Below, one piece after another: positions 18,889 to 27,598 of a DNA stretch of 64,000 nt. The notes beneath the pieces were generated by a model. The model was not told where the DNA came from. It made no database searches and worked only from the letters and a program-made list of their open reading frames with translations. Position 1 is the first letter of the stretch, and every line of letters begins with the position of its first letter. This DNA comes from an uncultured Gammaproteobacteria bacterium (lineage in GTDB: Bacteria; Patescibacteriota; Patescibacteriia; Magasanikbacterales; GWA2-37-8). The position numbers were made by a program, and so were the translations under genes. Location of the stretch: positions 477 to 64,476 of the forward strand of contig CAZINT010000002.1 of assembly GCA_964540825.1 (NCBI GenBank), read 5' to 3'.

Positions 18889-19371
18889 ATGTGGCAAACA
18901 GTCATTTTCTTGGCTCTTGTCACGAGTCTGGTTGTGAGCTGCACCGCACTCGCCGAAAACAACCCGCCCCGCCAGGTGACAACTAGGTGGTATCCGTATC
19001 GCTACCAAGCCGATCGTAGGGATCCGGATTCCTGCATTGATAGCCCGAAGGTTGTCAAAGAGTTCAAGAAAGGGAATGTCCAGATTCTCTTCGTCGAGGA
19101 CCTGAATATTGCAATTGGGGAAGTCCATGGGTTGCATGATTATGTCCTCAAGTTACCGCTCGGAAAACTTTTAGAAGACGGGTCGGTTTATTATAAAGGG
19201 GAGATACGAGTCATGCTCGGAAGGCTGGTGTTGTACACCCGCCAAGCAAAACTAAGCGGGAGATTGTTCCAAAATGGTTTCGACTTCCGCGTAAAGTACT
19301 ACGATGAAGAGCTTGGGTGCTGGAAGGAGCGCTATCTGCGCAGCCCGGCAGTTCCGCCCACCAGCTCCTAG
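18889..19371 (+). CDS. secreted hypothetical protein (160 aa), GC-elevated (~52%) cassette
   Basis: TTGACA-containing promoter region. SD GGGAGG 9 nt before the ATG. Signal peptide. A terminator follows at 19489-19525. Confidence 0.55.
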   Translation: MWQTVIFLALVTSLVVSCTALAENNPPRQVTTRWYPYRYQADRRDPDSCIDSPKVVKEFKKGNVQILFVEDLNIAIGEVHGLHDYVLKLPLGKLLEDGSVYYKGEIRVMLGRLVLYTRQAKLSGRLFQNGFDFRVKYYDEELGCWKERYLRSPAVPPTSS

Positions 19372-19488
19372 GAAAGACATACCTAACCGCTTCTACCTGA
19401 AGCGTGCCCTCTTGGTCTCATCTGGGAAAAAGAGGATACTTCAGGTGGGAGCAGTCGCAGGAATGTTAGTTTGCGGCTCTAAAAAAAT

Positions 19489-19525
19489 AAAAACACGATT
19501 GCTTAAAATCGTGTTTTTTATTTTA
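19489..19525 (+). terminator. rho-independent terminator (acacgatt-gctt-aaaatcgtgt + TTTTTTATTTT)
   Basis: Perfect stem plus T-run. Confidence 0.6.
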
Positions 19526-19621
19526 AAGACACGACTATTTTCATTGACATAAAATCAGTTTATTGCTACTCTTTATGGCAGAAAATGAGATACCCCGAAA
19601 AGGGTATTTTTTATATAGTAT

Positions 19622-20233
19622 ATGAACAAAAAACAACGCGTAGTTATAACCAAAGTATCAGCTTTACTGCTAGCAGGACTGGGAGTTTTGTTTTTGCCTT
19701 TGCGTGCTCATGCGGTTGTTACGGGTTACTCGGGTTCTACTTGCCCCACAACTACTATCTTAAATCAACTTTCGTTTCCGGGAGATCAGGGTATTTTTTT
19801 GACTTCGTTTAGTACCACCAGCTATTTAGGAGAGAATACCCCAGATTTGCTGGTGGTAGACAATCGCGCCGCCAGCATTGATGATTATTTTGCCGATCAC
19901 CAGATGCCGCTCGCCGGGTATGGGAAAACGTTTGTCGAAGTTGCTGATAGTTGCGGTATGGATTGGCGCTTGTTGCCGGCCATTGCCATTCAAGAATCGA
20001 CAGGCGGAAAGCGTATGGTTCGCAACAATCCGTTCGGCTGGGGGTCGGCTAAGATTGGTTTTGATTCGCTAGAAGCGGCTATTATCGTAGTCGGAAATAA
20101 TCTCTGTGGCAATGCGCCCGCCACTAAAAATTACTATAAAAATAAAACCACGGCCCAAAAATTATGGAGCTATAATGGCAGCGTATCGCCTTCGTATATT
20201 GGCCAAGTAATGCAGCTGATGAAACGATTTTAG
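19622..20233 (+). CDS. secreted peptidoglycan hydrolase with a glucosaminidase (FlgJ/Acm-like) domain
   Basis: Signal peptide. Motif LLPAIAIQESTGGK…NNPFGWGS typical of mannosyl-glycoprotein endo-beta-N-acetylglucosaminidase domains. Confidence 0.6.
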   Translation: MNKKQRVVITKVSALLLAGLGVLFLPLRAHAVVTGYSGSTCPTTTILNQLSFPGDQGIFLTSFSTTSYLGENTPDLLVVDNRAASIDDYFADHQMPLAGYGKTFVEVADSCGMDWRLLPAIAIQESTGGKRMVRNNPFGWGSAKIGFDSLEAAIIVVGNNLCGNAPATKNYYKNKTTAQKLWSYNGSVSPSYIGQVMQLMKRF

Positions 20234-20282
20234 CGTAAAGCCTTAGCAGCTAGATTGGTTCAGCTCTTTTGACCAACATTTA

Positions 20283-20786
20283 TTACTCTAAAAAAGAATA
20301 TTTTTTTACCCAAGAAATTTTTTTCCACCATTTTCCAAATCCGTAATAATCTTCGGAACGGATAGTTGATTTGGCTATGCCAAGGAACATGATGGCGTAA
20401 ACAACATGTTCGTCAATAATCGGGTTATTTTCAGAGGGTAGTTTGGCAAGCCAAAGTATGAACATAAGGAGTGCGCCTAACTTGGCTGAAATTTTAATTG
20501 TAATGCCGAGAATAAGCGTACAGCTAATTCCTAGTAATCCCAGCATAAACAGCCAGTCTACGACCGTGCTTCCAGCAAGGGCATGAAAAAATGGCGCAAA
20601 TATCCCGTCTACTCCATAGGTCAAAAATCCTTTAGTCGGCGAAACGCCATTGATCCACGCCTTCCCAGGCACGGTAGCGAAACTAAGTCCGAAGGCTTTA
20701 TCTAAAAATGCCCATAAAAAAATTATTCCAAGCGAAAATCGGGCAGCTGTCCAAAGATATACATCGGCAATATAGGTCATATACAT
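20283..20786 (-). CDS. DoxX family membrane protein
   Basis: Four TM helices with the DoxX-like pattern (FLDKAFG…). Confidence 0.7.
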   Translation of the reverse strand: MYMTYIADVYLWTAARFSLGIIFLWAFLDKAFGLSFATVPGKAWINGVSPTKGFLTYGVDGIFAPFFHALAGSTVVDWLFMLGLLGISCTLILGITIKISAKLGALLMFILWLAKLPSENNPIIDEHVVYAIMFLGIAKSTIRSEDYYGFGKWWKKISWVKKYSFLE

Positions 20787-20798
20787 TGTAGGTTATGT

Positions 20799-21506
20799 TT
20801 AGGCTAGACGCAGGCTTACTTTTTGAGCGTATTGCAAAAAAGTATGCGCAAGTACTTTCATTTCTTGTTCAGAAAAGGCATGAAAGCTTTTAAAAGAAGG
20901 CTTAAGCGTGATAGTGCTTCGAAATGATTGCAAAAATACCTGCTTGGCGCGATCCATCAGGCGAGCCATGTCTTCAAGTATGTGGTCGGGATGAATCTCT
21001 TTAATAAGGGTGCAGCGGAATTCATAGTCAAGGTTTCCGGCCTTAAGGAATTCAATGCTCTTTTGGATTGCTTCGGGATTCACTGCCGGACCTACTAATG
21101 AGGGGTATTCGGCCAGACTTGTTTTAATATCCATGGCAACATAATCGACAACACCTGAAGTGACTGCCTGCCGAAGTACGTCAGGACGATTGCCGTTAGT
21201 ATCCAACTTTACTAGGTAACCAAGCGATTTTATGGTATCCATAAATGGAATAAGATCCGGCATAATAGTGGGTTCGCCGCCGCTAATCACTACACCATCC
21301 AAGAAACCGCGCCGTTCATTTAAAAAATTAAATACAGCGGTTTCCGGAATAAAACTGTTTTTGAGTTGTATAATTTTTTCCGGCAAAACAAACTCGGGGT
21401 TATGACAGTAGCCGCATCGAAAATTACAGCCGGGGGTAAAAATAATGCAGGCTGTTTTTTCAGGATAATCAACGAGCGTGAACTGCTCGATTCCGGAGAT
21501 AAGCAT
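20799..21506 (-). CDS. nrdG: anaerobic ribonucleoside-triphosphate reductase activating protein (radical SAM)
   Basis: CNFRCGYCHNPE radical-SAM cluster motif. Located in the operon with nrdD. Confidence 0.85.
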   Translation of the reverse strand: MLISGIEQFTLVDYPEKTACIIFTPGCNFRCGYCHNPEFVLPEKIIQLKNSFIPETAVFNFLNERRGFLDGVVISGGEPTIMPDLIPFMDTIKSLGYLVKLDTNGNRPDVLRQAVTSGVVDYVAMDIKTSLAEYPSLVGPAVNPEAIQKSIEFLKAGNLDYEFRCTLIKEIHPDHILEDMARLMDRAKQVFLQSFRSTITLKPSFKSFHAFSEQEMKVLAHTFLQYAQKVSLRLA

Positions 21507-21518
21507 ATACCCAGTTTG

Positions 21519-21701
21519 TTAAACATTGGTGGTGTAGCGTGCGGTAAACTCGGAGTTAGCCGCTACACATTCTTCAAAATGTTTGCGTGAATAATGTTCC
21601 GACTTTTTGCCGATGTTGAAATGCGATACCGGGCGGTGGTAGCCCATCACCCGTGTCCATACTTCACACCGTGTTCGTTCAGCTAGTTGTTCTTTTTCCA
21701 T
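21519..21701 (-). CDS. free-standing ORF carrying the class III RNR C-terminal glycyl-radical motif (TRVMGYHRPV…NIGKKSEHYSRKHF), out of frame with nrdD
   Basis: Aligns to the E. coli NrdD C-terminus TRRVCGYLG…NAGKQEEVKRRVKH. ATG at 21701. Lies 21 nt after the nrdD stop and 12 nt before nrdG. Reading frame differs from nrdD. No SD. Confidence 0.55.
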   Translation of the reverse strand: MEKEQLAERTRCEVWTRVMGYHRPVSHFNIGKKSEHYSRKHFEECVAANSEFTARYTTNV

Positions 21702-21721
21702 AGTTTTTTATTTAATAATAA

Positions 21722-23839
21722 TTATTGAGCAGGTTGAGCGCTGGCATATTTTTCCAGCAGAACAGTGTCGTGCCGAGTGGCTTCTCGAATACCGAGCTTG
21801 GCATCACACGTTGGGCACCAGTCCCATTCACCGGCCAGATAGCCGTGTTTTGGGCAAATAGAAAATGTCGGTGTTATGGTGATGTAGGGAAGTTTAAAAT
21901 TCGTTAGCACTTTGCGTACCAGATTTCTGCAGGCCGAACCGCTCGAAATTCGTTCGCTCATATAACAATGCAAAACTGTTCCGCCAGTATATTTGGTTTG
22001 AAGCTTGTCCTGAAGCGTCAGTGCTTCAAAGACATCGTCGGTATAGCCCACCGGAAGCTGTGACGAGTTGGTGTAGTAGGGGGCATCCTTTGTGCCCGCT
22101 TGAAGAATATCTGAAAAACGTTTTTGATCTTCTTTGGCAAAGCGATAGGTTGTGCCTTCGGCCGGGGTAGCTTCTAGGTTGTAGAGGTTTTTAGTTTCTG
22201 TTTGGAAATCCTGCAGTTTAGCGCGCATAACATCAAGGGCACGAGCGGCAAATTCCTGACCCCATGGGGTGGCAATATTTTCTTTACCGTCAGTAAAATT
22301 GCGAATTGCTTCATTAAGACCATTAATACCAATGGTTGAGAAATGATTTTTCAAATAACCCAGGTAACGCTTGGTGTAGGGGAAGAGACCGGCGGCGATC
22401 CACTTTTGAATTTCTTTGCGTTTTATTTCCAGCGAAGTTTTGGCCAGTTCCATGAGGTGTAAGAGACGGGAAAAAAATTGTTCTTCATTGCCCCGCGCCA
22501 CATACCCAATGCGCGCGCTATTTATAGTCACGACACCAATGGACCCGGTCATTTCGGCTGATCCAAATAACCCCCCGCCGCGTTTGCGCAATTCTTTCAT
22601 ATCGAGCTGCAATCGACAGCACATGGAGCGAACATCGCCGGGATTTAAACTGGAGTTAATAAAATTTTGAAAGTAGGGCGTGCCGTATTTGGCAGTCATT
22701 TCAAACAGCGGTAGATTTTTGGGATCTTCCCAATCAAAATCTTTAGTAATATTGTACGTTGGGATGGGGAAAGTGAAGGTGCGGCCTTTGCTGTCACCCT
22801 CGGTCATTACTTCAATAAATGCCCGGTTAATAATATTCATTTCTTTTTCCAGCTCACCAAAAGTATAGGCAAACGGTTTGCCGCCAAGGATAAGCTGCTT
22901 AGGCTTTAAATCTTCCGGACAATTCCAATCAAGCGTGATATTAGTAAACGGTGTCTGCGTGCCCCACCGCGAGGGAATGTTAAGGTTGAAGACAAATGAC
23001 TGCATGTTTTGATAGACGTATTCATATACTTTGCGATCAATATATTTTTCTTGTGCTTCGGGAGAAGGGAAGGTAACGCACTCATTACGCAGATCGTTTT
23101 CAAGCTCTAGAGCGTATTTTTTTACAAACGGTGCCAAATAGGTATCAAAGCTTGAAAATGCCTGTGCTCCGGCCCATTCGTTTTGGAGTGTCCCCAAAAA
23201 ATTAACCATTTGAGCTACTGCTGACGATAAGTGTTTGGGTGGACCTGATTCAATCTTATCAGGGACGCCGTTAAAACCTTCTTCAAGAAGTACGCGCAAA
23301 CTCCATCCGGCGCAGTAGCCCGAGAACATATCTAAATCATGAATGTGCAGATCGGCATTCCGATGGGCGTCGCCAATTTCGGCCGGATAGATGTGCGAAA
23401 GCCAGTAGTTTGCCGTCACCTTGCCGGCGGTATTTAAAATCATCCCGCCCAGCGAGTAGCCCTGGTTTGAGTTGGCGTTAACGCGCCAATCTAACCGGTT
23501 GAGATATTCGCCGATGGTTTTTTCTACTTCCACGACTACATTTTTTTCGCTGCGTACCTCGCCGCGTTTTGCTCGGTAGAGGATATAGGCCTTAGCCGCT
23601 GCCGCCAGATTCGCTTCGATCAATGTTTGTTCTACAATATCCTGCACGTCTTCTACTGAAGGTATGGTGCATACAAATCGTTCCTCTAAGGCTGCCTGAG
23701 CCTTTACAGCTAAAGTTAGCGTCGGAATGTCTGATGCCTGCTCGGCAGCAAGCATTGCCTTTTGGATGGCGATCACAATCTTAGAAAGATTGAAATCAAC
23801 AATCGCCCCATTTCTTTTTTGAATTTTATACACGGGCAT
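21722..23839 (-). CDS. nrdD: anaerobic ribonucleoside-triphosphate reductase (class III) that lacks the glycyl-radical motif in its own frame
   Basis: N-terminal ATP-cone. Class III RNR core. C-terminal Zn-ribbon remnant (CPKHG…CPTC), then a 27-aa non-conserved tail and a stop. The ATG start at 23839 is preferred over the TTG at 23845. Confidence 0.85.
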   Translation of the reverse strand: MPVYKIQKRNGAIVDFNLSKIVIAIQKAMLAAEQASDIPTLTLAVKAQAALEERFVCTIPSVEDVQDIVEQTLIEANLAAAAKAYILYRAKRGEVRSEKNVVVEVEKTIGEYLNRLDWRVNANSNQGYSLGGMILNTAGKVTANYWLSHIYPAEIGDAHRNADLHIHDLDMFSGYCAGWSLRVLLEEGFNGVPDKIESGPPKHLSSAVAQMVNFLGTLQNEWAGAQAFSSFDTYLAPFVKKYALELENDLRNECVTFPSPEAQEKYIDRKVYEYVYQNMQSFVFNLNIPSRWGTQTPFTNITLDWNCPEDLKPKQLILGGKPFAYTFGELEKEMNIINRAFIEVMTEGDSKGRTFTFPIPTYNITKDFDWEDPKNLPLFEMTAKYGTPYFQNFINSSLNPGDVRSMCCRLQLDMKELRKRGGGLFGSAEMTGSIGVVTINSARIGYVARGNEEQFFSRLLHLMELAKTSLEIKRKEIQKWIAAGLFPYTKRYLGYLKNHFSTIGINGLNEAIRNFTDGKENIATPWGQEFAARALDVMRAKLQDFQTETKNLYNLEATPAEGTTYRFAKEDQKRFSDILQAGTKDAPYYTNSSQLPVGYTDDVFEALTLQDKLQTKYTGGTVLHCYMSERISSGSACRNLVRKVLTNFKLPYITITPTFSICPKHGYLAGEWDWCPTCDAKLGIREATRHDTVLLEKYASAQPAQ

Positions 23840-23863
23840 ATACAAATAAATAAAAAGAGTAAT

Positions 23864-24955
23864 TTATGCTTCTACACCAACTGCTTCTGAAATATTTTTA
23901 AAACCGTCCTTTGTCATTAGTTTAATAAGTTCTTTATTAATTTTGCTTATTGCCAACGGTCCGCCGTAAATAAAACCGGTTACAAGTTGTACTGCACTAG
24001 CACCCGCTTTAATTTTATGGTAGGCATCTTTTGCGGTGAAAATGCCGCCAACGCCAATTATTTTGAGTTTGCCCTTGCTGAGGCGATACAATGTACGAAT
24101 GGTCTGCGTACTCATCGTTTGCAAATGTTTTCCGGAAATTCCTCCGGGGTGATGGAGTTCATCAGGTGTACTTTTAAACGCTATATCTGAGCGATCCTTG
24201 ATGAGATTGGTGGCGATAATTCCAGTTATTTTTGCTTCAAGCGCGCACGTAACAATTTTAGAAAGGTCGCTATCACTAAGGCGGGGTCCTATTTTTATAA
24301 AGACATCTTTCCGGCTGCCCGTTTTGTTTCGGTGTTCTGAAAGCATGGTAAGTAATAGTTTTATGAACGAAATTTGAGAAAAAATGCTCTCACCAGCCAC
24401 ATTCGGACAGCTTACATTAAGCGTGATGTAGTCGGCGCTGCCCTCAACTGCCGAAAACGTCTTAAGATAATCCTCAGCCATTGCCGGGCCACTCAGTCCA
24501 TTGCTTGGGGCAATACTGATTCCATAGGGGATGCGGTGTGGCTGTATTTCTTTGTAGCGATCTAACGTTTTTTGTGCGCCATCGTTGGCTAAGCCGTAGT
24601 GAACGATGAGCCCTTTATCGTTCGGCAACCTCCAGAGCCGCGGTTTGGGATTGCCCTCCTGGCGAGTAAAGGTTATCGATCCCAGTTCGGCCCACCCAAA
24701 TCCCAGCATGGGGTAGGCGAGCGGCGCATCAATATATTTATCAAATCCCGCTGCGAGTCCGACGGGATTGGGGAGACGAAGATGTCCTAGTGAAATACGC
24801 AGTCGGTTGTCGTGTACTTGTAAAAACTGCGCACCTATTTTGCTGAGCAGCGGACGTTTGCTTGCTGCGCCAAGGAGGCGCAATGCTGTTTCGTGAATGC
24901 TTTCAGGATCAGTGTAGGTAAAAAGAAGTGGGCGAATACAGTGTGTATAAAACAT
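23864..24955 (-). CDS. pyrD: dihydroorotate dehydrogenase (quinone), class 2
   Basis: LPNPVGLAAGFDK motif plus the FMN-binding and C-terminal GGI…GASAVQLVTG motifs of class 2 DHODH. Confidence 0.85.
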   Translation of the reverse strand: MFYTHCIRPLLFTYTDPESIHETALRLLGAASKRPLLSKIGAQFLQVHDNRLRISLGHLRLPNPVGLAAGFDKYIDAPLAYPMLGFGWAELGSITFTRQEGNPKPRLWRLPNDKGLIVHYGLANDGAQKTLDRYKEIQPHRIPYGISIAPSNGLSGPAMAEDYLKTFSAVEGSADYITLNVSCPNVAGESIFSQISFIKLLLTMLSEHRNKTGSRKDVFIKIGPRLSDSDLSKIVTCALEAKITGIIATNLIKDRSDIAFKSTPDELHHPGGISGKHLQTMSTQTIRTLYRLSKGKLKIIGVGGIFTAKDAYHKIKAGASAVQLVTGFIYGGPLAISKINKELIKLMTKDGFKNISEAVGVEA

Positions 24956-24961
24956 AGAAAA

Positions 24962-24995
24962 AAATAAAAACTCCCTTTGGGGGAGCTTCAGGAGC
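24962..24995 (-). terminator. rho-independent terminator (ctccc-tttg-ggggag with a T-run on the minus strand) downstream of the Com-like gene
   Basis: Hairpin preceded on the plus strand by AAAAAAATAAAAA, which is a T-run on the minus strand. Confidence 0.5.
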
Positions 24996-25022
24996 TTCGG
25001 AGACTAAACGTTTAAAGTGTGC

Positions 25023-25241
25023 CTATGAGGCATGCTTAGTATCAGCTGCGGCGGCAACCGTTATGCGATGGGGACAGGGAAATACGGCGCACAGAAGTTC
25101 GTTAAACGCGCTGCTCTTAACCGTAGTCATTGCGTGGCAATGTTTGCAGCGAACCTCTACTACGCTTTCGACCAGCGCTCCTTTAAATAATAATTTTTTA
25201 CACTGCTCGCAGCGGTATTCTTTGAGACAAACAGTTGTCAT
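25023..25241 (-). CDS. Com-family (phage Mu Com-like) zinc-finger protein
   Basis: C-x2-C-KKLLFKG-x12-C-x2-C pattern characteristic of Mu Com translational regulators. Confidence 0.5.
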   Translation of the reverse strand: MTTVCLKEYRCEQCKKLLFKGALVESVVEVRCKHCHAMTTVKSSAFNELLCAVFPCPHRITVAAAADTKHAS

Positions 25242-25359
25242 AGGCTTACAAAACTTATAATCCTATATGTAGTGGATAAGGCAGGTATACAGCACTACGT
25301 ATTGTGTTTACTAGTATAGCAGATCTCAGCCGAGGCGACAATCATACAGTGGATAATTT

Positions 25360-25824
25360 TTATTTTAAAACATACAGCACCAATAAAAAAAGTCCGCCCC
25401 ACCACCCAAGATCTGAAATAATAAGGCTGACAGCAATTTTTCTCTGCCAGCTTGAAGGCAGCAATTCACTGGCATTACCAGCTTTTTCGCGGGCAAGTAA
25501 AAAAGGACTGACGCTCAATGAAAGAAAACAGCCGTTAAGAATAAGTATGACTGCTAAAAGGGCGTGAATCCCCGGGATACCGTACAAACCCTCGTGGCGG
25601 TACAAAATACTGCCTCCGAGAATCGCCAAAAATATGCCTGCCCAAATCATCGGCTTGGTGACTTTGTGGGTGCGCGTGGTAGCTTCAGTCCAGTAGCGTG
25701 ATTTTCTTCCCAAAAAGCCATGAATATCAATAACTGTAACCGCCCCGAGTCCGATAACAAAACCAGCTAGGAAAAGAAACAATCCTAGAGTGTCCAAAAT
25801 ATTAATTGAGTCTATAAATTGCAT
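25360..25824 (-). CDS. hypothetical membrane protein (4 TM)
   Basis: Hydrophobic helices. Overlaps the tspO end. The start is uncertain (25842 or 25824). Confidence 0.45.
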   Translation of the reverse strand: MQFIDSINILDTLGLFLFLAGFVIGLGAVTVIDIHGFLGRKSRYWTEATTRTHKVTKPMIWAGIFLAILGGSILYRHEGLYGIPGIHALLAVILILNGCFLSLSVSPFLLAREKAGNASELLPSSWQRKIAVSLIISDLGWWGGLFLLVLYVLK

Positions 25825-26302
25825 AATTAAGATATGAGGCAAAACTTACCCATAGTATATAAGGAATAAGAAGGGCAGCGGCGGGCTTGGAAATTTTGGC
25901 AAAAGTAACGATGCAGGCGGCAATACTTATCCATAAAAGGGCAATTTCGGCTAAGGCCAAACCGAGTGTGTGAGCATTAAAAAACAAAAATGACCAGATA
26001 AAGTTTAAAGCAAGCTGTACTCCAAAAAGCACCAAAGAAATTTTTGCTTGTCGATGAGTGTGTCGTCGTTCCCAAATAAGAAAAGCGGCTACTCCCATCA
26101 AAAAATAGAGCGCTGTCCATACCGGTCCAAAGATCCAGGAAGGAGGCTGCAAAGCGGGTTTCACAAGCGTGGCGTACCAGGTTGGTATCGCGGGAGTTGT
26201 AAAAACAGCGCCAATAATTCCCACTAATTCACATACACCGATAAAAACGCAAAGCGCTATACTTTTTTTAAGTTTGTCGTTTTTAAAAAATGACATATCC
26301 AT
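25802..26302 (-). CDS. tspO: TspO/MBR family tryptophan-rich sensory protein
   Basis: Five TM helices with the conserved PPSWIFGPVWTALYFLMG motif. Confidence 0.8.
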   Translation of the reverse strand: MDMSFFKNDKLKKSIALCVFIGVCELVGIIGAVFTTPAIPTWYATLVKPALQPPSWIFGPVWTALYFLMGVAAFLIWERRHTHRQAKISLVLFGVQLALNFIWSFLFFNAHTLGLALAEIALLWISIAACIVTFAKISKPAAALLIPYILWVSFASYLNYAIYRLN

Positions 26303-26305
26303 TGG

Positions 26306-27313
26306 TTATAGAGAAACAACATTTTGCGCCTTGCCCTCTCTGAAGGAAATAATATTTTCTACAGTCACGTCAATAATTCTTTGCAGGGCTTCGGTGCTAT
26401 TAAAGGCATTGTGCGGTGTTACAATAGTATTTGGATGGTCAATGATAAGATTGTTGATAAGTGAGGTTTTAAATTTAGTTGCCGGGTCTGTGCTCGCCAT
26501 AATTTTTTCAATGTGTTGCAATAAATTTTCATCTTCCAGAACATCAAGTCCGGCGCCGGCAAGCGTGCCGTTATTAAGGGCTTCAAGCAGAGCTTCTGGG
26601 TCAACCAGACCACCTCGAGCGGTGTTAACAAGCATGCTACCCTGCTTCATGAGTTTAAGTGTGTCTTTATTGATGAGATGTTCTGTGGCCGGAAATAAAG
26701 GGATGTGAAGGGTCAGAATGTCGGCCTGGCTGAGCACGTCCTCGAGCGAAGCGTATGTATAACCAAGCTCTTTTGCAAAGGTGCCGTTAGGCTTGGTGTC
26801 ATAGGCTACGACGTTCATTTCAAAGCCTTTGGCAATACGAATAACGTGATAACCGATTTTTCCAGTACCAATAACCCCGAGCGTCTTATCTTTAAGATCA
26901 ATTCCGCGAAGCCCTTCAAAGTCAAAAGCACCTTCTTTTACCCGTTTGACGGATTGAAATAATTTTCGGGTGAGTCCGAGTATGAGTGCAAAGGTATGTT
27001 CAGCAACGGTATTTTCTCCATACGTTGGGACGTTTGAAACCACTACGCCTTTTTTCCGCGCTGTTTCAAGATCAATGTGATCGAATCCTGTGCTCATGGT
27101 GACGATGTACTTGAGGCGGGGAAGGGCGGCGATAATTGTTTCGGTGACCGTGGAATTAATAAAAACAACAAGAATTTCTGTTTCAGGATTAAGATTATCA
27201 AGCGAAATCATTCCTTCGTGCACATCGATATGGTACGAAGTCAATTTATTTTTAGCATAATCGTTCAGCTCTCTCCAAAGTCCGTAAAAAGCAATTGTTT
27301 GAACAGCAGACAT
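26306..27313 (-). CDS. D-isomer specific 2-hydroxyacid dehydrogenase (NAD-binding)
   Basis: GVIGTGKIGYHVIRIAKGFEMNVVAYD Rossmann motif. The catalytic R/E/H are in the expected order. Confidence 0.85.
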   Translation of the reverse strand: MSAVQTIAFYGLWRELNDYAKNKLTSYHIDVHEGMISLDNLNPETEILVVFINSTVTETIIAALPRLKYIVTMSTGFDHIDLETARKKGVVVSNVPTYGENTVAEHTFALILGLTRKLFQSVKRVKEGAFDFEGLRGIDLKDKTLGVIGTGKIGYHVIRIAKGFEMNVVAYDTKPNGTFAKELGYTYASLEDVLSQADILTLHIPLFPATEHLINKDTLKLMKQGSMLVNTARGGLVDPEALLEALNNGTLAGAGLDVLEDENLLQHIEKIMASTDPATKFKTSLINNLIIDHPNTIVTPHNAFNSTEALQRIIDVTVENIISFREGKAQNVVSL

Positions 27314-27475
27314 AGCTTAAAAATAAAAAATAATTCTTCGTCTTTACAATATCACTTTCTGATGATTTAGTCACCAACCGAAAAAGTCGTCAACTATCGC
27401 GTTCAGAAATACGCCTATTTTAGACCTAATGTGTAACAAGCGGTAGTAGTGTGAGTAGTTGTATTTAATGTGGTA

Positions 27476-27491
27476 AAGCAGTATACTGCTT
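27476..27491. promoter_or_regulatory. perfect 16-bp palindrome AAGCAGTATACTGCTT in the divergent crt promoter region
   Basis: Exact inverted repeat. A related half-site GCAGTTTCTGAA lies 40 bp downstream. Confidence 0.3.
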
Positions 27492-27598
27492 CTGAAATCG
27501 TTGCTAGTTTTTAACCAGCAAGTTGGTTAAGCAGTTTCTGAATTTATCAGTGTTAGGGGGTAATTTGTTCGCAGCATTGTTTTAAAAGCTTTGTGTAT

